Shown here one piece after another: positions 1-8,700 of a DNA stretch of 24,894 nucleotides. A program made the translations under genes and the position numbers. The stretch is from a virus. Its lineage: Duplodnaviria; Caudoviricetes. The stretch's first letter is position 1. Every line of letters begins with the position of its first letter. The notes under the pieces are model-generated. The model searched no databases and was not told the DNA's origin. It saw only the letters and a list, made by a program, of their open reading frames with translations. The stretch spans positions 1 to 24,894 of the IMG/VR virus record IMGVR_UViG_3300037991_001422; one strand, written 5' to 3'.

Positions 1-57
1 CCTCTAAGGCGTCCTTGGTGGGATTGTACCTTAGAGGCTTTTTAGAGGGCTTAGAAG
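1..57 (-). repeat. Inverted repeat/hairpin plus three short direct repeats downstream of the 270-aa ORF
   Basis: CCTCTAAGG (1-9) is the reverse complement of CCTTAGAGG (29-37), with an inner TCC/GGA pair. TTAGA(G/A)G recurs at 31, 42 and 51. May extend beyond the window edge. Confidence 0.5.
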
Positions 58-60
58 CGA

Positions 61-873
61 TTATTTCTTCTTCTTTTGAGCAGCTTGACGCTTCTTAGAA
101 CGCTCACGCATTGCACGCAGTTCATCTACGCGCTGACGTGACACTGACTTACCAGTCTTAGCTACAGAATAAGCACGACCGCTTGCTACAGGACCCACAC
201 CGCTTACACCGTTACCTTTTTTGACTTTAGGTTTTTGTGTTTGCTGTTGGTTTTTAGGTTGGGAAGGTTTAGCTGCCTTAGCTTCCCGTGCTTTTCTCTC
301 GGCTTGATAGTCGCGAGACTTTTTGCGGGTAACAGTCGTGTTGTCCTTTTGGACTTTAACCTTGCCTTTGGGTTGCTCTTTTTTCTTGTTACGCTCTTTT
401 GCAGTGCTACCTCGTGCAGCATTAATAGCGTCGTTAGTTGCCATTGCAGCCATCAGAGCGCTGCCTGATCCGTCGTCACGTCCAGCTACAAGACGAGCAG
501 CACCTTTACCAAGTACTTTAGCTCCTCTAGCAAACCGGCGTGCTGCAGTTTCTAGTTGTGCTCTACGAACTGACCTAGCTACGCGGTTAGCGCCAAAATA
601 ACGGTTGGCTGCACCTGCAGGTTGTCCTTGACGCACAGTAGAGCCTTTAGTACCTTGAGCAGCTCGTGCTTGTTTAGCAGCTGCTTGAGCACGCCGAGAA
701 GATGCGGTACCGCCAGAGTACCTACGACCACCTGTAGTGGCTTTGGGAGGAAGGGCTTTTTGGGCGCGAACATTTTTGTTACGTGCAGCTCGTTGTTCGC
801 GCAGCAGACGTTGTTGACGTTGCCGCATTGTTTCTTTAGGCTTTTTGCCTTTGACTCGTTTTCGTTCAGCCAT
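61..873 (-). CDS. Very basic, low-complexity hypothetical protein (270 aa)
   Basis: Long ORF on the phage coding strand; start coupled (TGATG) to the HNH stop; dominated by K/R/A/Q and ends in KKKK. Confidence 0.75.
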   Translation of the reverse strand: MAERKRVKGKKPKETMRQRQQRLLREQRAARNKNVRAQKALPPKATTGGRRYSGGTASSRRAQAAAKQARAAQGTKGSTVRQGQPAGAANRYFGANRVARSVRRAQLETAARRFARGAKVLGKGAARLVAGRDDGSGSALMAAMATNDAINAARGSTAKERNKKKEQPKGKVKVQKDNTTVTRKKSRDYQAERKAREAKAAKPSQPKNQQQTQKPKVKKGNGVSGVGPVASGRAYSVAKTGKSVSRQRVDELRAMRERSKKRQAAQKKKK

Positions 874-1202
874 CAGTTGATGTGATCCATAATTCGTTGT
901 TCTCTGTCAGGATGCAGCCCATATTTAGCACGCATCCAATTTAACCAGTTGTCGCTACCTTTGTCCTGATTACAATGGGTACAAGCGGGTACCAGGTTGC
1001 TCGTGAGATCTTCTCCACCCAGAGACTTAGGGTGAACGTGGTCAAGAGTAAGTTCATGTAATTCATAAGTTTCTCCACAATAAACGCATTGACATTTGAA
1101 GTGCTCTTTGATTGCACGCCTCCATAGGCGCTTAGCTTCTGGGGATGTCATGGTTATTAGGTTGTATAAGTAATGATCAGGAGTAGGTAGCAGAGGAGTC
1201 AT
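873..1202 (-). CDS. HNH endonuclease (109 aa)
   Basis: CVYCG...TLDHVHPKSLGG...SNLVPACTHCNQDK: two CxxC pairs with DH, N and N residues, typical of Zn-binding HNH (McrA-like) nucleases. Confidence 0.9.
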   Translation of the reverse strand: MTPLLPTPDHYLYNLITMTSPEAKRLWRRAIKEHFKCQCVYCGETYELHELTLDHVHPKSLGGEDLTSNLVPACTHCNQDKGSDNWLNWMRAKYGLHPDREQRIMDHIN

Positions 1203-1477
1203 CTGATTGTCAGCTTGCTCCGGTTTCTAGCTCGGTTTTTGGACGGGTCCTCGCGGACGAACGTGCCTTTCGTGGTTTTGGAGAAGTCTTTGCCTCCTTT
1301 ACCGTAGACTCCGGCTTGGCGACGGGCTTTGTTGTGCTCTGCGCGGTAGTCTTTGCGGTCTTCGCGTTTGTTAATTTGCCGATTCGTTGCGTTTTTATGG
1401 GCTCTAGCGGCTGCATTGTCGCGGTAATTCTTCGCACTTTTGCGTAGCTGGTTGTAGGGTTTCTTTTTAGGAGCCAT
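1199..1477 (-). CDS. Small basic hypothetical phage protein (92 aa)
   Basis: TAATG coupling to the terminase small subunit and ATGA coupling to the HNH gene. K/R-rich, with C-terminal GKGGKDFSK...PSKNRARN. Confidence 0.8.
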   Translation of the reverse strand: MAPKKKPYNQLRKSAKNYRDNAAARAHKNATNRQINKREDRKDYRAEHNKARRQAGVYGKGGKDFSKTTKGTFVREDPSKNRARNRSKLTIR

Positions 1478-1716
1478 TAGCGTCTTACTGCCTTTTGTAC
1501 TTCATCAAAATTGATGGTTGGCATAATATCAGCAAGGCCGCTGAGAGCAGAACCCTCAACGGCCACACCAGTGATGTCATTTTTGGACAACCAGTCACAA
1601 GCTGCTTTTAGGTCTTGTGTGGTTGCTTCGCCAGACTTGATTCGCGCTAAGAACTCCTCTGTGATAAGGTTGTGAAGCTCGTTAAATGAGTCCTCACTTG
1701 CTCTTTTCTTGCTCAT
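1477..1716 (-). CDS. Terminase small subunit (T7 gp18 / DNA maturase A-like)
   Basis: ASEDSFNELHNLITEEFLARIKSGEATTQDLKAACDWLSKNDIT resembles T7-like gp18 homologues (A...FL.DN.I-type motif). Size 79 aa and position after the tail genes fit. Confidence 0.8.
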   Translation of the reverse strand: MSKKRASEDSFNELHNLITEEFLARIKSGEATTQDLKAACDWLSKNDITGVAVEGSALSGLADIMPTINFDEVQKAVRR

Positions 1717-2365
1717 TTTTAGATTTTACGGACACGATAGGTACAACATCGTGACACAACACCTCAACACGGCTGCCAGGTCTAAACTGGAACCCAGCTT
1801 TCATGATTTCAGTGCACTTAAGAGCACGAACTAGCTCGTAATCCAAGCGAAGTTTCTGTTCATGCTTTCTGGCTATGCTTTTACACAGCTCAATCATGCT
1901 GCCATCAAGGGGTACACTAAAGTTAATCTGCATACCAAAGTTATTGTTGCGGACATACCCCGTATCTTCGTACGGAATAGTGTCATTGCCCATGTAAAAC
2001 GGGCTAAGTTGCATAGTTGCACCATTGCAGCTAACGTTGTTAGCAAAGTATTGGCGAGATGGTGCCCCGTTGTTTTGGAATTGAACGGCTTGATTGGTCA
2101 CATTGCCTGTAGCTGCTGCCACAGGGTTTGAGCTGTTCTGAACTGTAGGGTCTTCAGCAGCAAACGCAGGGCTTACTGAGAGAAGACAGACAGTGAGGTA
2201 GTGGTAGAGGTTGACTCGATGAGTTCTTCGATTACGATGTTCTCCACTACTCCCGCATCCCGAACGACAGTCTCCAGTTGAAACTGCTCGCCCGCGTTGG
2301 TTACGGAATAGGTTGTGGAGTCGCTCAAAATATCCCCACTGGGGGTTACGTTGGTTCCAGACCAT
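1694..2365 (-). CDS. Putative exported Cys-containing hypothetical protein; start uncertain
   Basis: The protein-like part begins near 2215 with signal-peptide-like YLTVCLLSVSPAFA|AED, then SNPVAAATGNVTNQAVQ and several Cys. The only upstream ATG (2365) lies 193 nt inside the preceding gene. Confidence 0.7.
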   Translation of the reverse strand: MVWNQRNPQWGYFERLHNLFRNQRGRAVSTGDCRSGCGSSGEHRNRRTHRVNLYHYLTVCLLSVSPAFAAEDPTVQNSSNPVAAATGNVTNQAVQFQNNGAPSRQYFANNVSCNGATMQLSPFYMGNDTIPYEDTGYVRNNNFGMQINFSVPLDGSMIELCKSIARKHEQKLRLDYELVRALKCTEIMKAGFQFRPGSRVEVLCHDVVPIVSVKSKNEQEKSK

Positions 2366-2523
2366 GATTTGTAATCGCCACCATAGATGTTGGTCTCGAT
2401 AGTACGATCAATATCTACAGTGGTAGTAGTAGTGGATTGCATGCTGCCCTGTGTAAAGTTGGGCGTGACTTGCTGAGCTGCAGCGGGGCTAGCTAGAAAG
2501 AGAAGGAGTAGTAGCTTTTTCAT
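2173..2523 (-). CDS. Secreted hypothetical protein with Sec signal peptide (116 aa)
   Basis: MKKLLLLLFLASPAAA|QQ is a textbook signal peptide. Thr/Ser-rich mature part VTPNFTQGSM...TTTSLSVFSQ; ATGA overlap with the upstream gene. Confidence 0.85.
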   Translation of the reverse strand: MKKLLLLLFLASPAAAQQVTPNFTQGSMQSTTTTTVDIDRTIETNIYGGDYKSWSGTNVTPSGDILSDSTTYSVTNAGEQFQLETVVRDAGVVENIVIEELIESTSTTTSLSVFSQ

Positions 2524-2801
2524 GTGTCTTTCTTGGGTTCGTTTGATTTGTTGCTTCTGTTGTTAGACGTGTTGAGTCCAAACGTAGCGAGAGCGCCTGT
2601 AAAGACGCTAGCAACAAAGGTAATGTCACCACCGCTTTGACCTTTTTTAATCATAGGGATGTCGACATAGTTAAGAGTGATAATAAAACCACTCCAAACA
2701 ACGACACCAAGCCGAACAAAGGTTGCTAAGAACTCAATCTCTTCGTGATGCTCTTTCAACTTTTTAAGGATTGGTCTTTTTTCTTGGTTAGTTTGCTCCA
2801 T
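2520..2801 (-). CDS. Two-TM membrane protein, holin-like candidate (93 aa)
   Basis: Hydrophobic segments FLATFVRLGVVVWSGFIITLNYV and ITFVASVFTGALATFGL with charged termini. Holin function is inferred from size and position only. Confidence 0.7.
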   Translation of the reverse strand: MEQTNQEKRPILKKLKEHHEEIEFLATFVRLGVVVWSGFIITLNYVDIPMIKKGQSGGDITFVASVFTGALATFGLNTSNNRSNKSNEPKKDT

Positions 2802-3178
2802 GTTTGTTTGAATACAGGTTTAAGAACCATTACGATGTACTTGAACAAAGACGTAGCAGTCAAAGTGGCAGCAACACTGATAAACGCTGTGGTGGCTGCA
2901 GTGGTCATAATAGTTGTGGTCGGCATCGGGACTTCAATGTCCGTAAATGGGATTTCAACTATCTGTGCCTCTGGTGGAAGGCTTTTGGTTTTGTCAGGAG
3001 CTTTATCCTGGTTCTCACCCTTAACACCCGGTGGGGGCTTGAGGTCGCTAGGAGGCACCACAAGGGGCTTGTAGCTAGGTAGCTGAGCCCTTGGTACCTC
3101 CAGGACCGCTTGGGGCAGCTCAGGGGCTGCTGGAAGGGTTAGAGAGGGGAGAAGCGGAGGATTACTCCAGGGGTCCAC
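2756..3178 (-). CDS. Pro-rich protein with C-terminal hydrophobic helix (140 aa, GTG start)
   Basis: Pro-rich N-terminal half, then TTAATTAFISVAATLTATSLFKYIVMVLKPVFK and a basic tail; overlaps both neighbours. Confidence 0.75.
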   Translation of the reverse strand: MDPWSNPPLLPSLTLPAAPELPQAVLEVPRAQLPSYKPLVVPPSDLKPPPGVKGENQDKAPDKTKSLPPEAQIVEIPFTDIEVPMPTTTIMTTAATTAFISVAATLTATSLFKYIVMVLKPVFKQTWSKLTKKKDQSLKS

Positions 3179-3329
3179 CGAACAAACCGCGTTCGATAAA
3201 TTTCACGGCTTCATCGTCTACAGAATTTTCAGTAGATTCGGCAAGCTTGGTCAAAAGATCTACGACCAAACGCTTGACTTTGTCAGAGTTAATAAATGAA
3301 AAAAGAATAGGGCGGATAAGGGTGATCAT
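3162..3329 (-). CDS. Small amphipathic hypothetical protein (55 aa), not in the ORF track
   Basis: Manual translation from ATG at 3329: MITLIRPILFSFINSDKVKRLVVDLLTKLAESTENSVDDEAVKFIERGLFGGPLE*. Fills the gap between 3350 and 3178 and resembles small cyanopodovirus proteins with a T.N..DD..V motif. Confidence 0.8.
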   Translation of the reverse strand: MITLIRPILFSFINSDKVKRLVVDLLTKLAESTENSVDDEAVKFIERGLFGGPLE

Positions 3330-3349
3330 AATAAATAACTAAATTAAAC

Positions 3350-4561
3350 TTACCATTGATTGAGAATTTCGTCACGTTCAGCCCACTTAGGACGGCCTGT
3401 AAGAATAGCCATACCCATACCCATGTTCTCACTTGGGTGACCAAGTTGTTTTAGTGTGCCACTCCAGTTAGTACCGCTTGCTGGGTTGTGTGGCCTACCT
3501 CTGATTTTGCCATCATCGTCGTAGCCGTTCCACCAAACATAGCCTTGGCTGTATACGATGTCGTTAGGATAATTAAAACTACTGGATCCACTGGTATCCT
3601 GAGAGCTGTAAAGCGGCATCAACCGGTTGCTGCCAGCGTTGTAACGGTAAGTCTCGTACAACAATTGTGTTGTAGTAATGGCGTTTTTTCTAATAGCAAG
3701 TACGTAAGTTCCGTATGGAGTCGGGTTAAATGATTGTACTTTTGGACCATTCATATTTGTCCAAACACCGCCTGTTGTCGCAGGATTAGTATCAACTTCT
3801 CCAGTAAGAACTCTCAGTCTAAAGTCGGCTTGTTGATCTTGACCGGCTGCAATCACATGCCCATTAGGATAATAAGCAAGGAATGTAGCTTCTTGATACA
3901 TTACAGAGCTTGTACGAGCATTTGAAAACTGACCACTAGAAGAAACAACGAGTGATTTTAGACGCCCACTGCTACCTTTGTCATGAAAGACAAGCCTTGC
4001 ATTACCGCTTGAATCGCCTGTAGTGCCAAGATTGCTTTTATCAAGTCTACTACTACTGGATACATACGGGGGGGATATTGCATTTTCGACGCTGTTATTT
4101 GCATGTGAGCTGGTAGCTATATGGTTAAAACTACCATCATTATTTATGCTATATGATCTAACATCACTTCCAGTAAATACACAAGCAAAATTGTTTCTGG
4201 TAGTACAGCAACCTCGGTTGTTACTTCCACCACTTGTATTCATTGTAGTGCCCAGCGTTCCATCTGACAGCTTAAATGCTCTCATTTGGCTAGATTTAAT
4301 AGCGTATCCCCAAGCTGTACCGTCAGGTGAGATAATAACATCAGCCATTGAGGCTGGAAATGAAGTACTGGCACTCCACATGGCAACACCATTAGTGCTT
4401 GAAGTCCAGTTGTTAGAAAGTGCAGTAAGGCCGCTATTGACTTTAGCTATCCTGCTACTACCGACATAAAAAAGTTCGTCTGGGTTACCAGGCAAATCTA
4501 AACCGCCGCCACCACCAGAAGTTGTCCAGTTGGATGTAAGACTAGAAATAATAGGTGACAT
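3350..4561 (-). CDS. Putative receptor-binding adhesin / fibre tip protein (403 aa)
   Basis: N-terminal MSPIISSL...SGGGGG then S/G/N/T- and aromatic-rich beta-type sequence. Directly follows a fibre gene and looks more AT-rich than the core genes. Confidence 0.65.
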   Translation of the reverse strand: MSPIISSLTSNWTTSGGGGGLDLPGNPDELFYVGSSRIAKVNSGLTALSNNWTSSTNGVAMWSASTSFPASMADVIISPDGTAWGYAIKSSQMRAFKLSDGTLGTTMNTSGGSNNRGCCTTRNNFACVFTGSDVRSYSINNDGSFNHIATSSHANNSVENAISPPYVSSSSRLDKSNLGTTGDSSGNARLVFHDKGSSGRLKSLVVSSSGQFSNARTSSVMYQEATFLAYYPNGHVIAAGQDQQADFRLRVLTGEVDTNPATTGGVWTNMNGPKVQSFNPTPYGTYVLAIRKNAITTTQLLYETYRYNAGSNRLMPLYSSQDTSGSSSFNYPNDIVYSQGYVWWNGYDDDGKIRGRPHNPASGTNWSGTLKQLGHPSENMGMGMAILTGRPKWAERDEILNQW

Positions 4562-4563
4562 AA

Positions 4564-5454
4564 TTAAGCCTCATATTCAGCCTGAGACACCAGGGCAGTA
4601 AATGTACCGGAGGCAGTTTTAATTATGCTCATTGTTGTGGCACAAATTGCGTTTGCTGTACCTGCTGAGCTAGGAGCACCACCAACATATCTAACAGTAA
4701 CGTTAGAAGTTGTTCCGTCAACTTGAACACCAGCAAGCTTGTAAGCAGTTGATCCGTATTGAACAATACCGACCACGGTCATAACTTGACCAGTAGACAT
4801 AATACTGTCAAGAGTGGTGCTACCGTCTCCTCTAATGTTATAAGTATAGTCACTTATAGTGTTGCCTTGCAGCCAATAAACAGCTTGCGTTTTTACATTA
4901 AAAGGGATTGCGCCACCACCTGAGTTAGGAATAATAGTGGCCTTTTCTTTTACTCGCTCAATGGAGATAGCTTCGTTAAAAGCAACGTCACCAGTAAAAG
5001 TACCACCTGATGCACCAATACCTGCGTTGTTATCGACGTATTGCTTTGTTGCAGCCTTAAGGTTAGCGTCAGGATCTCCTGAAAGAACCAGATCACCAGT
5101 TAAAGTACCACCAGCCAGCGGCAGTTTAGTGGCAATGCTGTTAGTAACAGTTGTAGAGAAGTTAGCATCATCTCCGAGAGCAGCAGCAAGCTCATTCAGT
5201 GTGTCAAGAGTTCCAGGTGCTGAATCGACCAGAGCAGCATTTGCTGCTTGAACAAAAGCAGTTGTTGCGATTTGAGTTGTGTTAGTACCTGTAGAGGCTG
5301 TAGGAGCTGTTGGAGTTCCAGTAAAGTCTGGATCATTAAGATTAGCTTTAGCGTTGAGAGTATTACCGCTAGGAATTGTACTGACATCAACGTCTACATC
5401 GCCACTGCCAGTGTCATAAGTAAGAGTATTAACGCGGATTTTTCCGTGTGCCAT
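4564..5454 (-). CDS. Secondary tail fibre protein (296 aa)
   Basis: PDFTGTPTAPTASTGTNTTQIATTAFV and APGTLDTLNELAAALGDDANFSTTVTN are typical phage fibre repeats (P2 gpH-like). Also LPLAGGTLTG and AATKQYVD shaft motifs. Confidence 0.85.
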   Translation of the reverse strand: MAHGKIRVNTLTYDTGSGDVDVDVSTIPSGNTLNAKANLNDPDFTGTPTAPTASTGTNTTQIATTAFVQAANAALVDSAPGTLDTLNELAAALGDDANFSTTVTNSIATKLPLAGGTLTGDLVLSGDPDANLKAATKQYVDNNAGIGASGGTFTGDVAFNEAISIERVKEKATIIPNSGGGAIPFNVKTQAVYWLQGNTISDYTYNIRGDGSTTLDSIMSTGQVMTVVGIVQYGSTAYKLAGVQVDGTTSNVTVRYVGGAPSSAGTANAICATTMSIIKTASGTFTALVSQAEYEA

Positions 5455-5456
5455 GA

Positions 5457-5726
5457 TTAAATAATTGTAAGAACAGAAGTAGAACTGACAGTAACGGTTG
5501 CATTAGAAGCAACAGTAATAACAGGTCCCATCAAACCGTAGTTTGTGGAACCCGTGTAGTTTTTGTCGGCAGTAATAGACTGCGAGGTTTCAAGTTGTTC
5601 GACGGCGGAGGAGCCGCCACCTCCAGAGGAAGCGGCGCTCCAACGACCGTTTGAGTAGGTGTACACAACACCACTAGGGCTCGTCCACGGAGATGAGGAC
5701 GAACCCGGAAAGTTAATTGCTGCCAT
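5457..5726 (-). CDS. Small fibre-associated structural protein (89 aa)
   Basis: MAAINFP...G.VYTY..GRW N-terminus, Gly linker and C-terminal GPVITVASNATVTV beta strands; TAATG-coupled to the long fibre gene. Confidence 0.7.
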   Translation of the reverse strand: MAAINFPGSSSSPWTSPSGVVYTYSNGRWSAASSGGGGSSAVEQLETSQSITADKNYTGSTNYGLMGPVITVASNATVTVSSTSVLTII

Positions 5727-8700
5727 TATTTAATAAGAAGTTTAGTTGATGACAGGGCAACACCGGCTTCAACTGAAGGAGTTCCTGCTGAAGTAGCCAA
5801 AGTACCGTCCGGTTGTACAAAGTATTTAGTGCCAGCAGTCAATCCGGACTGAGCATCATCGACGGAACCTACAACTTGAATAGTTGCTGTCTGACCGTTC
5901 GTATAAGCACCGTTGGAAATGCCAATAAAGTTCGCAGCCGTTAAATTAGTAGAGGTAGGTTGAATGTCTACCGTAAAAATTTTAGGGGTATAGGGAGAGC
6001 TAGCAGGATTGGCACTAAACAGAATAAATCCATTAGGACCATCTACGCTAGAACGAGTATACATATATTGTGTGCTAAATTGACCATACGAAGTAACAGT
6101 CGTGCCACTACCAGTTGCAACAGCGACAGAATGTTGTCCGTTGTTTGCACCAGATTGCTTATACAAAAGTAAAAGTTTATTGTTATGATCGTCAAATGTA
6201 ATAGAGGGACCCTCAATACCTACTGAGTACACTTGAATAGCGGCATCGGCTGTGAAACCTGATGACGGAGTAGCATAACCACGAAGCTGTGCAACTTGAT
6301 TGTGTTGGTAAAAGAAGAATACTTTATTTACGTTTGAATCGTAAGCAACATCAAAATCTCCAGCAACGCTCGTTGTAACATTTGTTCCAGTGTGGAACGA
6401 CATATTACCGTTACTACTGTTAATTGAAAAGTTCATTATTGCTAAGTTTGAACCTTCAGTACGGCAATATACAAATACGTTTTCTGTTGAATTGAAAACT
6501 ATCTTATGATAATAAGCGGTGTTGCTACTTACAGAACTAACGTTGCTAAATTGAGAAAGACTATTGTCTGTATTCCACTTGCAAGATAACACCTTTGATT
6601 GACCATTTTCGCTCCATCCGATAGCAATACGGTCTCCAGTTGGAGTAAATGCAGCAGTGCAATAAAGTACACTATTATTGCTAAACAATGAGGCACTTGT
6701 AAACGTAATTGACCCATCGTTGTTAATAACGCCACGAACATAAGAACCAGTACCGGAGATGTTTCGGAAGAACAAAACAATACGATTGTCTGACGGATGA
6801 CTCACCAGTGCCAGATTATTACCAAAAGAAGCAAAAGCTGTAACGGGAGTTGCCCAGTTAATTGTTGAGCCACTAATTGTTCCAGTGACCGCTTCGATAT
6901 GGTTGTTGGTATTTACATAAACATAAACAACTCTTCCTGTTGTAGAATTGTAAGCCAGTTCGGATATATCCGTTGAACCTGGTGCAGCCGTAATTGCAGA
7001 GCCAAAAGACGGCGTATTTGATGATGTTTGCGTAACAGCACTAACTGTTCCATCGGTATTTACAACTACTTTGGTGCCATCAGCAAGCGTCCCTGATGCA
7101 GTTGCTTGTACTGTTGGGCTTGCACTAATGTCACCCCACGTGGGAGCAGCACTAGAGCCGCCGCTCATCAACACCTGACCAGTCGTGCCGTAGTTAGCAC
7201 CAGCGATGCCGACTTGACCAAGCGAACCAAAACGAAGCCGTTCTGTCCCGCCAGGTGAAATTACAACAGGCTGATTAAACGTCCAGGAATCTGTCGAGTT
7301 AGACCAAACAATAGTTTTGTCAGTAGCGCCTTTGAGCGTAATACCACCACCGTCTGCTGTTGTGTCAGATGGAGTAGAAACACTACCAAGTTCAATGTTC
7401 TTGTCATCAACAGTCAAAGTCGTTGAGTTGACCGTTGTAGTCGTTCCATTGACTGTAAGGTTACCTGCAATCGTGATGTCGTTTGCAAGCTTTGCGCTTG
7501 TGACAGAACCACTTGCAAGTTCTGTACTGGTGATCGAGCTGCTAGGGACCGGATCTGCAAAGCTGAGGTTACCGTTAGTGTCGCTGGTCAGCATCTTCCC
7601 AGTAGAACTAGGCATTGCTGTAGGCAGCGTCATCGTGTAGGTAGCGCCAGCACTGTGTGCAGGTCCTTTCAGCTTGACACCGTGAGAGTTGAACTCACAG
7701 TTGAGGGTGATGTCACCAGATCCACGAGTCGAGTTACCTTTAACAACGACAGAACCTGATCCGTTGGGGTCAAGGTCGATATTACGGTTGCTGCTAGAGA
7801 CAATGTCGTAGGTCAGGACATCCAGGTCGCCACCCAGTTCAGGCGAGGTGTCTTCGCTGAGGTTGTTGATTCCACCACCGCCACCACCACCTTGTGGGGT
7901 AGCTGCAATCCAAATCTTTCCACTAGCGCCACCACCAGAGGGGTCATCATAGTTGACGTACAGGCTGCCATCAGTATCATCCGAGTTCCACCACAGAGTG
8001 CCTTCGTCATAAGAAGAGGCAGTAGGTGCGGTTGGAGAGATCAGAACCTGTGAGCCAGTACCACCAAGAGAGTTCAGTGCTTGCCAGCTTAGAGTACCAT
8101 TGCCATCAGTGCTAAGCACTTGGTTCTGCTGACCGTCAGACGATGGGAATGCCAGACCGTTGATGTTGTTGATTGTGCAGAGACCAGACTTCTGGTCCAC
8201 AACCATGAAGTTACCAACAGTAAACTTACCGTTGTGGTCAGTACTAGACTGCCATACAGCACCATTGTTGCGTTCAATAACACGGTTAGCTTCAATAGGC
8301 TGTCCACCGTTCTCAGGAGCTGCGTCGTAGTCAGTACCAGCACCCACATACTCGAAGGTGTGACCACCAGAGCTGATGTAGGAGCGGAAGTAGAAGTTGA
8401 CAGTAGCACCGCTTGACACCGCATTGATCAAACCGTCGTTGATAGAGCGGTTAGAAGCGCGGGTACGGACAACGTTGACACGGTAACCAGTAGGATTTTG
8501 CTCTGTACCTAGGGTAGTAGAGCCAGTAATGGTGTAAATGTCACTACCAATCTCCATCAGCATGTCGTCAGCAGGACGAGTAGCATGAGTACCACTACCA
8601 AACCAGCCAGAAGGAGCTGAAGCAACAGCAATATCTACATAAGTATCACCTGCAGAGGCGGCAGCCTGAGCAGTAGAGCTGTAGATAGGGCTAGAAGACT

